A stretch of DNA of 63,749 bases, filler included, from Licmophora abbreviata (lineage: Eukaryota), in the NCBI GenBank assembly GCA_900291995.1. It is 19 parts of 19 records of this genome, joined end to end, with 100 filler letters (N's around TTAATTAATTAA, not from the genome) between each part and the next. Parts side by side here need not be neighbours in the genome. Positions count along the whole stretch, not along the records: positions 44,993 to 47,682 come from OLMU01005975.1; positions 47,783 to 50,422 come from OLMU01005977.1; positions 50,523 to 59,329 come from OLMU01005978.1; positions 59,430 to 62,362 come from OLMU01005979.1; 15 more parts are not named here. The stretch is one strand, 5' to 3'. Of this stretch, positions 47,267-59,800 are shown one piece after another; position 1 is the stretch's first letter, and every line of letters starts with the position of its first letter. Under the pieces are notes generated by a model, which did not search any database, was not told where the DNA came from, and saw only the letters and a program-made list of their open reading frames with translations. The position numbers were made by a program, and so were the translations under genes.

Positions 47267-47682
47267 AGCTCGGCGTCTCCCAAGTCTTCTGCAATCGCCG
47301 CAAGGATATCGGCGGCCTGTTCTATCTTGTCGGGCTGGCGTGGCGTGGTGATCTCCGGCGCCACAATCGATTTGGCGAGCGCCTTGAAGCGCTCGGCATG
47401 GTGCAGGCTGTCCAGATGCGCATGCATCCAGCGCAGCGCGCCCGCGCGGAAAAGCTCCTGCACCAACGCATCGTCCAATGCCTCGAAGCCTTTCGCCTCA
47501 ATGGCGTAAAGCCCCGTCAGCGCGCGCTCGGGCGGCGGGGTCTCGATCCCGGGCACCTCCCAGGGCATCAAGGCCCCGGCCTCCTCAAGCTGCTCTAGGC
47601 TGAGATGCACCGCGCCCACACCCGCATGCACCGTCTTGAGAAACTTCACCGTCTGCTGCAGCCAGGGTGCGAGCGCGCCCTC
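47263..47682 (-). CDS. sapC: SapC-family protein, 3' part
   Basis: GLYAIEAKGFEALDD...LFRAGAL..MHAHLDSL is the SapC C-terminal pattern; ATGA overlap with tolC. Confidence 0.8.
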   Translation of the reverse strand, partial: EGALAPWLQQTVKFLKTVHAGVGAVHLSLEQLEEAGALMPWEVPGIETPPPERALTGLYAIEAKGFEALDDALVQELFRAGALRWMHAHLDSLHHAERFKALAKSIVAPEITTPRQPDKIEQAADILAAIAEDLGDAEL

Positions 47683-47795
47683 NNNNNNNNNNNNNNNNNN
47701 NNNNNNNNNNNNNNNNNNNNNNNNNNTTAATTAATTAANNNNNNNNNNNNNNNNNNNNNNNNNNNNNNNNNNNNNNNNNNNNGTTCGGTTTTGAG

Positions 47796-47831
47796 AAAAA
47801 CGGGCGCCACCGCAAATTCCGCTGCGCCCGT
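47796..47831 (-). terminator. Putative intrinsic terminator downstream of the giant gene
   Basis: ACGGGCGC...GCGCCCGT stem followed by a T run on the minus strand. Confidence 0.5.
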
Positions 47832-47862
47832 GGCCATTCTAAACGCACCCAGTCGTTTGCTA

Positions 47863-47894
47863 TGGCCCGGCAGTGAAGGATCACTGCCGGGCCA
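47863..47894 (-). terminator. Perfect 14-bp hairpin just after the giant-gene stop codon
   Basis: tggcccggcagtga-agga-tcactgccgggcca; no U tract. Confidence 0.65.
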
Positions 47895-47899
47895 GAACA

Positions 47900-50800
47900 T
47901 CAGACCGGCTGGGGGGACTGCAAGATCTCGAACTGCTCCGCCGTCGCATTCCAGACGGTAAAGTTCTCAGGCGTGAACTCACCATCTTCCGTATTTACGA
48001 CGGCCAAGAGGTTCAGCTCCAGCGCATCAACCGTGGCGTCATCCGACGCAGATTGCTGATGCGCCCAAATGGCCGTGACACTATTATCATCCGACGCCGT
48101 GACCGCGAAGATCGTGGTGTTGATATCGCCATTAGTTGTGCCGCCGGTCGTGGCGTCAAAGTCAAACAGGTTATCCAACAATGCCGCAACGTTAGATGCA
48201 GTTTTGACCTGAGACTCCTGGAGGCTGCTTACACTCGATTGAACAAGACCAAACTCATTCTCGCTCAGATCAAAGGCCGCTCCCATGGACGCGCCGTCGA
48301 TTACCTCAAGGGTGCCGTCCGTCCCCCAGGTGCTCGCTGCCAGATCCCCTTCCATTGCGATCAGGTCATTGGCCACCTGGAAGCCATTCACCACGTCCGG
48401 TTCCGCATTGCCTCCGGCAACCGAAGTGACCGTTGCATCCGCGTCAAACGGCTCGAACGGATCCTTGTCGTCGGTGATGTCGAAAGCATCCGATGCGGAG
48501 TCGCTGTCGGCGACTTCGCTGGCCGTTATCCCAGAGACGCCACCATCATTGTCAGCGTCGCTGACGGTGAGCGTGGTTTCAGCATGGGCGCGCGCTGTGT
48601 CGGTAACTGTTGAGCTGTCGCTAAAGGTCACATCCAGAGCCAGCTCAAGGTAGTCGCCGCTGCTGCCCGTGGTGGTGATGATGATCTCACCTTCCGGGCT
48701 GATCGTGACAGTATCGACAAAGCTTGCCGCTTCCAGATCGGTGATCAGCGAGGCCAGGCTCGTAGGATCCGCAACCGCCACAAAAGGGTCGACACCGTTG
48801 TCGAGAGAGACCGTGACGTCGGTTGCACCGAAAGCAGATGCTGTCGTATTCGCCTGGGTGAAGTCAATTGAACCTCTTTGCACACCGTTAAAAATCGCGT
48901 TTATCTGCGCATCTACGGTGGTGGTCCAGGACCCCGTTGAGTTCACCACCTCATAGGCGATCTTGTCTGAACTATCCGCTCCGACCAGATCAAAACTCAC
49001 CGTGTAAGTAGGATCGTTGAAGAAGAAGCTACCACCATCAGAAGAGCTTGACGAAGTGACGTTTACAATTGGCAACCCGATATCAGCGGAGTTAAGGGCT
49101 GCGACAAGATTGTCGATGCTCTCTTGGGCAGTGAGCCCGGCTTCAGCCGTAATTTCGTAAGTGGTAGTGAACCCTCCAGATATGAAGCCAAGCCCAGGTA
49201 CAAAAATTTGTGAATTTTCGCCGACAAGAATTGCCAATGTTGGCTTCGGCCCTGTGCCAGACCAAACGGGCACCGAAATATCCTGAAGTTCAATCGAGTA
49301 GGCCTGCGATGCCACAGCTCCCTGAACGGCCAGGACGGCCAGATCACTCGCATCCAATCCAGTCGGCAACTGATACACAAACCGTGTCGGCATGGTCGTC
49401 GTGCCATCGAGATTGTCGGTGTAGGTCCCGTCTTCCGTGATCACACCCGGTGTACCACCAAAGAGATCTGTATCGCCATCATTGGTCTCAGCAGTGTTTT
49501 CACGGGGCGAGCCGCTGGTGGCGTCATAGCCATCATCGGGGTTGGTGTAAGTTTGGGTTACACCCAAACCAGTAGGATCACCGTTGCCATCCTCACCGAT
49601 CAGCGCTGCATCACCGTAGAAATCCTCGTTACCGGAATTGGTGCTGCTGTCTGTGTTGTCCTCAGGGGAACCATCAGTCGCATCATACCCGCTCGTCGGG
49701 TTGGTGTGGGTCTGGGTTACACCCAAGCCCGTGGGATTACCTTGGTCATCCTCACCGATCAGCGCATCATCGCCATAGAAGTTGGCATCACCGCCAGTTG
49801 AGGAATACTGCAGATCCGTGCGCCCATCATCCGGGTTCTGGAAGTCCTGCTTGATGCCGCTTGTGCTTGTCAGCGGGCTGTCGCCGAAGTAATCATCATC
49901 GTCTTCGGGGTTGACGCGTGTAGCGTCGGCAAGATCGGTGTCATCGCCCTCGGTCAGCTTGTCGTTGATGTCGATACGGCCATCGAGATCGCTGATGTCA
50001 CTCGAGTCTGACAAACCACCAATGGTGAAGTCGTAGTCGCCCACACCTGTCGCACCGCCCGATCCCTCGCCCGTGGTACCGTCAACGGTGTCGGTGAAGG
50101 TCAAAACACCCTCATCGCGACCAACCCTGTCGGTTTCATAGACGACATCCGTAGAGGTGTGATCGCTGTCGGTCACATAGATGTTTTCGCCCGCATTCAG
50201 GGTTTCGACAAAGCCCACGGCGATCACCTGCTGGGTGCCGCCTGCCCCGGTGGGTGCGGTCACGTTCAAGGCCAGGCGCCCATCGTCAACCGTTCCCATG
50301 GTGCCAGGGCCTGTGCGACCGGCCTCCAACTCGATGCGGTTGCCCGCGACAGTCACGCTCGCAAGGTCGGTAGCAGTGCCCGACGTGGTGCCACCAAGGT
50401 TGTGATCCGCCTCGATCTCATCNNNNNNNNNNNNNNNNNNNNNNNNNNNNNNNNNNNNNNNNNNNNTTAATTAATTAANNNNNNNNNNNNNNNNNNNNNN
50501 NNNNNNNNNNNNNNNNNNNNNNCGAAACGATCGCTTCCGATCGATCACCGGAGACAGCTGACAAATCGAAATAAGAGCCCGTGTAGCCGCTGCCATCTCC
50601 TGTGCCGGTTGCATCGCTCCACAACTTAAGCTGGGTCTCTATACCATCGATGGTGACAGTGATCAGAGTACCTGCCGGGGCAGAGGTCGCAGAGTCGAGC
50701 GTGTTGGTAAAGGCAATTTCAACCTTCTGTTCCGAGCCGGCAGAAACGTCTTCCACCTCGTAAGCATAGCCCGAGACATTCATCTGGTCGGGGCCGTCAA

Positions 50801-53800
50801 CAGCGCCAGTCAGCGTCAGCTCGTTCACACCCGCATTCGCGTCAATCTCGACAGCGCCAACAACCGACTGGATTGCCAGCACCGGGCCCTGAATGATCGT
50901 GACGGACAGATCGGAAGCAACGACATTCAGCGACGCACCGCTGCCATCCGAGGAGGTGACGATCTCAAGACCGGCATCGGTCAATGTCGCCGTGGCTTTC
51001 GATCCAAGTGAGGTGTTGATTGCAGCGATGTAGTCGGCAACCGTACCGGGAGTGGTCGTCGGATCTGGCGCTGTGTACGAGCCGGTTATGGGCGCGCCGT
51101 CAACTTCAATGCTGAAGCTGTAGGTTCCCTGCGCCAAGGTTGCGGCCGGATCGACCCCCTGGAATTCGGAAAGCGTGATCGATGCGCCAGTTGCGGCTTC
51201 GGCCGGAACTTCAGCCGCACCGGTTACCGGGTCTTCGACAGCCTGGCCAACGCGGAAGTTGAACAGATCCGCATCGACCACCAGAACAGCATTGTCGAAA
51301 TCGATCTGGACTTGCGCGCCTGTCGCAACGCTCGTTGCCACCAATTCTTCGGTCGTTGAATTCCAAGCGAAGCTGACTTTTCCGTCAAACACTCCACCCG
51401 TAGCATTAAGGTCGTTAACGACATCTACGATTCCGCCTGAGAAGCCAGCTTGCGCAGTCGCAGTCAGGGTTTGCACACCATTACCGTCACCGATATCGAG
51501 GCCGAGTGTGATCGAGTACCCTTCGAAGGTTGCCGAACCTGCATTGCTGAACGCGATGTCAAGTTCGGCTGGTTTTGCTGCCTCAAAGAGCACCTCTGCC
51601 GTGCCTTGATCGCTGGCAGCCGTATTGGCCACGATTGTCTCGGCAAAATCGGTACCTTTGATGCTCAGCGTCAGATCGCCGGCAAGGCTCGACGTTGCAG
51701 AAATCGCGGTGATAACGACATCCCCGCTAACCAGCGCGGCCTGCACGTGCTGGCTCAGCGTTGCATCACCGTTAACGTAATCGACGAAGTCCTGCACTGT
51801 GCCGCCCTGCCCGGACAGCTCTGCCAGCGCCGGGGTGAACGAAACCGCAAGCTCGGTATCAGCGCCGCCATCCGTCACCACGATTGTGCCGGTGACGGGG
51901 TTAGAGGCCAGCAGGTTATCCGCTGCAAGCCCATCTGCACCCCCATTAAAGATCAGGCCAGTGCCGGTGCCTGCGTCAATGTATCCGCCAAGGGACGCGC
52001 TAACGTCAAAAGTGGCAGCCCCTGAATTGTCGGACGACTTGTTAGGTGCAAAGGTATTATCCGATTTCAGCTCAACTTGATGCAGTTCGTTGCCATTGTC
52101 GCTTTGCGCTGCAACATAGAAGTGAAGATCAGTTGTTGACAGGCCACCCGCTGTGCTGCCTGCAGACACAGTAACACCCTCGGCCGCTTCCACGAAGATA
52201 CGGTCATCTTCAAAACGGATCGCGCCGAGATCGCCAGCGTTCAATTTGACAATTCCCTCATACTCCACAAGCGCCGTATTGATCAGACCAACAACCCCCG
52301 CGATGTCGGTCACGTTGTTGACCATTGTTGAAGTCACGTTACTGGAAACCACAGGACCTGCAGAGCCATCGTATATCGTCATTTGAGCAGTGGAGTTGCC
52401 GTCATCCAAAAGAAGGTCTGCATAGAACTTGTATTCTGCCCCACCTTTATTGAACGTCAGGTTCAGTGTGACGGTCAAAACCGTATCAGCGGCACCAATC
52501 ACCCTTCCAACAGCAGCCGTCAGATCCGGATCAACATCGATGCGCAGCACATCGCCCGCATCTGCGCTCGACGTGATGTCTTCAAACACGCCGAATTCAA
52601 TCGCGTCAGAGTTTCCGTCCATGCTTTCAACTAGATCGCCGCTGATAACCTTGGGAATGGTGAACTCGTTAAGCTTCATATCGCGGCCGTCAGACGCCTC
52701 GATTGCTGCAACAACGAATTTTTTGGCTGCCGCATCGAAGGAAATTGACCCAAGATCTCCGGCTGCTTTTGAACCGCCCGCTGGGTTGTTCGCGTTCCCC
52801 GTGATTCCGTTTTCCCACTCTGTCAAGCGCGCGTTAAGTACCTCAGCGAGCTCGGTAAAAGACATGGGCTGCTCAACCTGATAATCGAGCCGGAAATTAT
52901 ACAGTTCCGCACTTGTCGTGACGGCGTTTGCTGAGAAATCAACATCGACCACTACGGTGCTGCCAGCCGCAACCATATCTGTCAGCTCGACATCATCACC
53001 AAGCAGGATTTCCGCAGAAGCAAGATTCGGGTTGCCGGCTCCAGAGGCAGAGGGCGCGTCATAATAATTAAAAACGTATGCACCCGCGTCATGTGGCGTA
53101 CCATCGCTCGCCACGGTATTTTCCGAGTTCAATGAATAATTTATCGTCGTTGCACCCAGATTCTGAATCGCAGCACCATATTCCACGAAAGTATTATTGG
53201 ATTGCGAAATATTTAGTGCTTTAGGAGCCAGAAGATTGCCCTCAACAAGTTCAACCTTGACAAAGTTAAAGTTGCCGCCCGGATCAATCGGGCTGGTGAT
53301 CTTAACTAGGTTTCCTAAGCCAAGGGCCTCCTCCGTAGCGTCCACCCAATCCGCAACAAATTTGACTGCGGTCTGGTAGTCAAAGTCTGCACTATCAAGC
53401 GCAGGAGGTATCGCGATATCAGAAAAATCCGGCGTTATTGCAGTACCGTTTGCAAACACAACAATGGTTTTTTCAACCGACGACGCGCCAGGAGTACCTT
53501 TTACGAAAAACTGATATTCATCAGAGTCTTTAGTAACGGTGAAAGCAACCGCGAATGAGGTCAGCGGATCACCCGTCAGAGACTTCGCAGCATTATCACC
53601 AGCCCGAATTCCTTCAGTCGTCGACGGCCCATCGACAGCGGTTAGGGACACATCACCATCATCATATAACGATTTCACCGAAATCGTCACTCCTTGCCCT
53701 TCAGCAACTGTTTCAAGTTGGAAGGTGGCTGTTACATAGTTGCCGGAGCTGTCCTTGACCACCCGAACACCATAGGGCTCAAGGAGTCGATCCAGTTCTG

Positions 53801-56800
53801 CCGCTCTTTCAGCATCATTGGTGCCAGTAAACGTAATCTTTTCTTTGATAACCGTCGACGTGCCAGTGTATGTATTCTCGACCAATATTTCGATATTGTA
53901 GGGGAAGCCATTTACGACATTAACTAACCATGTGACGCCAGAGGTGAACGTAAGGTTGATAACCGCAGGGTCAGCACTGGCCCCTTCAGACAGCGCCTGA
54001 TCCGCCAGGCTTATTGCAACCGGCTCCCCTGCGACCTCAATAACAGTTCCATCCGCCTGATAGACCTTCGAGATCGCAAAATCTTTCACCGTGACGCTTG
54101 CACCGGGCGCGCTCGATGTCGAGCTGATCACGATTTCATTGCGCGCACTGTCGTAGCTAATGCTTCCCAATGCCGGATCAGACAGGCCGCCGTTAAGCGC
54201 CTCGACCAGCTCAGCCACCGTGGCGCGGCCGTCGCCGCCAAAGCCGGTGGCATCCGACCAGTCAAGCGAGACCGTAGCCTCGGTCGTTCCGTCGGAAATC
54301 ACGATTTCGGCCAGCACCGTAGACAGCGTATTGGTGCCGTCATTGGCCAGGATGGATTCTACCGTGATGCCATCTGGCAAGGCAATGCGCGCCTGAGCCG
54401 GAACATCTCCCCCTGTGCTGATGACATCGGTGGTTTCAAATACCCCGTCGCGTGCGTCGATAACGGCCTGCGCCAGGTTGCGCACGCTGCCCGCTTCATC
54501 TGCGCCCGCATCGGCGTAAACCTTGGTGCCGTTGATCTCGACCCACAGCTGCGGCTGGTCATCGACCTCTGCAATTGCAAGCGGAACGGCAGCATCGGCC
54601 AGCTTCAGCGTGGTGATATGAGATTGCGCCTCAACCCCAGTGTACACCTTGCTGATGTCGATTTCGCCATAGCCATCTTCCGCGTTCACCGCGGTGAAGA
54701 TGATGGACGCACTTACCCCGTCGGCGGGGATGTTCGCGGGCAAATCCAGTTCGACCGTTCCAGCCAGCTTGTCCGACAAAGCCGTGGTTGCACCGATTTT
54801 CGTCTCGATTGCAGCCTTGAGCGCATTGAGCGTGGCGATCGCATCGCGCGGAACCATGTCTACTTCAACAGGTTCACCATTGATCGTGAGGCCTATCTTT
54901 CCACCCGTGTAGTAGTGGTCGTTCAGCACGCTGAACACGGCGCTTGCTTGCTGCGCGGTGGATTCCTCTGTGATCGTCGCCGCGCTGATCGAGAATTCCT
55001 GCTCGACCTTGTTGGCCGAGGTGAGGGTGATCACGCCGGTAGACGTATCTACAGCGGCGCTTGAAAGCACATCGCTCCACGCGGTTTCATTCTCGATCTT
55101 GCCATTGATCGCGTCCACCAGGGCGGTCAGTGACGCCGCGGCATCGTTATCGGTCATGGTGATGCTCACGGGGAGATCGGCCCCGGTGTCTGTGGTGTCA
55201 CCAGGTGTTGGATCGATGATGAGGCTTAGCTCACCCCCACTATAGTAATCCGCGTCATCCTTGCTGAACTCAGCCGTCGCGATCTGGTTCACACCCTGAT
55301 AATCGAGCGTGATGTCAGACACCTTGAACACCTCAGGCGCAGCCACAGCCGATTCAAGCGTGATGGTCATGCCGTCGCGGGTGACGGAGCCGATGACACC
55401 GTCCAGTTCACCACCCGTGACCATCTTGGCTTGGATGGAGTCGACCAGAGCCTGCGCGGTGGGCACGCGTGGATCCGGGGGCGGGAGAAGTGTCTGCTGA
55501 GTGTTGTCGCCAAGCCACCGTTCAAATGACGACGCCGAATGTACGCTACTTTCACGAACCAATTGGTCAAAGCTTGCTTCTTTAAAAGCTCCGGAAACGA
55601 CATCCCAGCTTGGCGATACGACATCGCCCGTGAATTGAATGTTAATCCTATAGCTGGTGCTATTTAGGGGCGGGTCGTTATTGGGAACGGTTTCAACCGA
55701 TACAGCCACGACCTCTTGCAAAGACTCGAACCAGTCCAAAAGATCCCGGACCGTGGTCGATGAGGTAAGCGAGGTGCTTGTTTTGGGCGCTGACAGGCTT
55801 TGAAGATAGGCTTCAAAGTCGGTTTCATCATAGGTCTTGTCATCCACCGCAAGCGTGAACGTCAATGGTGACGTAGCAGTAGAACCAAGCCAGTTTTCCG
55901 GTTGGAGACCCGATGGAGTACTGGCGTCAAAAAGTTTCAACGTAGGCCCAGCAGCCACCATAGGCGCCTCGACTACGATCGGATTATTGCCATCCGGGTC
56001 GCTGATCGTCAGATAAACCTTGCCACCATCGTAATACACGTCAGCGCCGCGGTCATACGGGAAGACGTCGGACGTCTCGCCATCCGTGAATGACATGCTG
56101 TGAGTCAGCGCATCCCGCAAATCGATGGTCGAGATCTGCTTGATCCCTTCGTAATCCAGCGTGATGTCGGACACCGCAAAGGTCTCTTTGCCCGGCTCCT
56201 TTGCCGTCAGGGTGATCTCGCCGGTTGCGCTGTCGTAGGTTGCGGATTCGATCAGGCCATTGAGAATGCCAGTGTCAATCTCGCTGTTGATTTCAGCGAC
56301 CAGCGCTTGGGAGGTAGTCGCATCCGGATCAACGGAAGTATTATCGATTGTGTAGTCGTTGTTTCCAACCAACCCATCTGTCGTGTACAGGTTAACCGAC
56401 AATCCGCCGGTGAACATGAAGCCCTCTGAGGTGATTACCTCAAGTGATCGTCCATCAGCCGCCAACTCGACCGACTGGATCCGATCTTGGCCCTCAAGCC
56501 AAGTGAAATAGTTCGTGATGGTAGGCGCGATACTATTTGCAGAAACGTGATCCTCAAAAGTCACGGCGTTGGCAGGCAAGCTACTGTTATCGAATACGTG
56601 GTAGAAAATTTTGTCCAAGGAGTCCGTTCTGGAAGCTATTTCAAAGGCCAAGCTACTCGATGCAGACAAATCAAGTACATCGGAAAGCTCCACGACCGCT
56701 CCAGAGGTCGCCGAATTCGTTCCAAAATTATATATAAGCGATGCGCCCTTTCCTGGCTGCATACCTACCGAAACCACTTTATCAATGGGATTATCTGGAT

Positions 56801-59800
56801 CCGTCAAATCTGCAATCGTGAGGTTCACATTGCCGTTCTCATGGTAGACCTTGGCACCGCGCGTGACGCTATCTCCATCGCTATTGGCGTTGTAGATATT
56901 GTCTGCCTCATCTTCGAGCTTGATCGTCGCGATCTGCTTTACACCCTGATAGTCGAGCGTCACATCGGCAATACGGAAGGTCTCCTTGCCAGGCTGAGCC
57001 GCTGTCAGGGTGATTTCGCCCGAAGCGCTGTCGTAGGTCGCGGATTCGATCAGGCCATCGAGCGTGCCGCCACTGGCAGCTTCGGCGTTGATTTTGTCGA
57101 CCAGCGCCTCTGAGGTGGCGACGGCTGCATCAACGGAAGTAAAGAGAGAAGAAGTCACTGTCGAGACACTGCCATTTAGAACAGACTCGGTATTATCTAC
57201 CTTCAAAATCTTGCCACCAAAGGAAACATCAGCAAAAAAGTTGGCGAAGGTTACATACGTGCTGTCAGCCAGCTGTGTGTTGTCGATCGTGAGCTTTACA
57301 GCCCCATTCACAAGGTCAGCTTGTGTCACGAACGACACATTATTCAGATCAGAAATGAAAGAAGCAAGGGTGTCATTCTTGACAATATTGATCTCTTCCT
57401 GACCAACCAAACTGGGATTCAATATAAACCGAGCATTTTGGGTGCCGAAGTCAAAGACCATACCACTGGTCAACTCTGACCCGTCATTGGCTGACAATGT
57501 CACGACGATCTCGTCCGGTCGTTCCGGTACCATATTGGCAAACACAGTCACAGTACGCTCAACGCTGCCCTGATCATCGAGTACATCGATATTGGTATAG
57601 ACCTTACCACCATCATAATACACATCAGCCGCGCGTGTGGGAGTATCGGAAGCTTCACCAGCTGTTCCGTTGCCGCCCACATCAATATCAAAGCTGTACT
57701 CGGAATACTGCGTCGCGGCATCGAGCGAGAAGGTCGCCTCCTGCTTGGTGCCAAAATAGTCCATCGACGCACTTACATTGAGCGGGTCGGGCTCTTCGGT
57801 CGCCGAGACAAAGGAAAGCGCAGTTTCGTAAGTCAGGATGTCTAGTGTTGGCTCAAGTCCATCGTTGAAGAAGAAGTTAAAATTAGAAAAGGAAGGCGTG
57901 CTGGTAGGGTTCGATGCTTCGATGACAATGTTGCCATTCACAACTGAAGCAGAAAGATCCCAGTCGAAAGCGCCAGCCTGAGACTTTGTCGCGTTCAATG
58001 CAGTCATGAAATCCGCAAGAGAGTCAAACGCCTGTCCTTTGAGAGACGCCGCATTCCAAATCGTCTGAACACTTGCCTCATTTTGATCAGTTGCGTCATA
58101 ATAACGCAACTCTCCTATATTCCCAACCCGGATGACTTGGTCGACATAGTCAGGAGTAAAATCAAATATCAGTGGTTTCGTATAGTTGTTGGAATTCAGG
58201 TCTGTGTGATTTGCAACATCGCTGTAAACTGTTGACGAAACACTCTGCTCGACGCTTTCCAAAGACGGAACGGTACCTGCCTGCACCTCTGCCCTCAGTG
58301 CCTGCACAGACGCAACAGCATCACCGGCCACCATATCGGCTTCGATGGTCTGACCTGCAACCACTACGCTCAACTTGCCACCGGCAAAGTAATCCGCATT
58401 ATCCGCGCTGAACGCGACGGTTGTTTCCTGCTGCACCCCATTCTTGTCGATCGTGGCGGCATCCACAGTGAACACAGACGCGGCGCCAACGCCAGAACCT
58501 GTCAAGGTCAGGGTCGTGCCATTCACTTCGACCAAGGACAGTAGTCCGTCGGTCACGGTCCCGCCCGCGCCATAAGCACCTTCTATAGCCGTTTTCAGCG
58601 CGGCCATGGAAGCAGGGATATCAACACTGCCACCGCTGTAGACGATCTGGGCGACGATGGGGCTGTTGCCATTGATCGTCACGCTCATCTCGCGTGCAAA
58701 GGTGGTCGTATTTGTGCCGTTTGTCTCAGTCGGCCAATCCCCAGAAGCCGGGAACTCGATCGAGGTTTGCTGCGCAAGACCAGTGTTCACGATCGCTGGA
58801 TTAGTACCGTCACCAGCCACGACGTTAAGTGTACCTGTTCCAACGAGGCGGATCGTTCCCGAGGCAGGGTCAACAGAAGCGCCGGAAATAGGCGCGCCGT
58901 CAGTGACAAGCTTTGCAGCAAACGCCTCCAAAGCGTCTTTAACGCTGTCTCCAGGGTAGTTGGCAACGGTGTAGTCATACACCGTGCCATTGATGGTGAG
59001 ACGCAGCACCGAGCCTTCACGATAGTCATCTGCATCCGTCGAGAATTTCGCTGTCACCACAGGGATGCTCTGACCATCATAGATGGTCTGATAGATCACT
59101 GTGTCGCTCGAGCCATCCTTCCACGTCAGGTTGATGGTATCGCCACCCAGTCCCCCGATGATCTGCGTATCGACATCAGCGCTATCGATCCGGTCATCGC
59201 CTTCTGCGGCATCGACACGGATGGTTTGAGGCTGGCCCGCATAGGAAAACAGCTGGATGTGGTTATCCAGTTCGTTCCCCTGGATATCATCAGGCGCTAC
59301 AACGGCATCAATCTGCGCTTGCAATCCTTNNNNNNNNNNNNNNNNNNNNNNNNNNNNNNNNNNNNNNNNNNNNTTAATTAATTAANNNNNNNNNNNNNNN
59401 NNNNNNNNNNNNNNNNNNNNNNNNNNNNNCTCCTCAAAGGTGTCGATTTCTTGCGAAACGTAATCTTTTATGGCCTGAGAAGTCGTAGTTTCAAGATCTG
59501 CAAGTCGCGTTGCAAAATCCGTGGCATTCGCCCCCGACCCTGCCAGTTCGTCAAGGCCAGCAAGCTCTTGAAGCTTGTTCACTGCATCGCTCAACTCCTT
59601 GATCGATGCAAAATCGCCAGAGTTGATGAGCAAGTTGCCCGTCGCCCCGTCACGCGTATAGCCAGACAGGCTATCCTCAAGGCTTTCAATCGCACCTTCA
59701 ACAGTGTTCTCGATCAGCGCATAAAGGCCCGTGGCTTCCTGGACGTATGACGCACTAATCTGAACATCTTCACTGCCCGTCAACATGCCATCGATTACAG

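Noticed and set aside
54840..58450. Inserts as inteins, DGR variable regions or shufflon segments
   Set aside because: No C/S...HN intein ends, no reverse transcriptase or adenine-specific template/variable pair, no recombinase or inverted sites in the window
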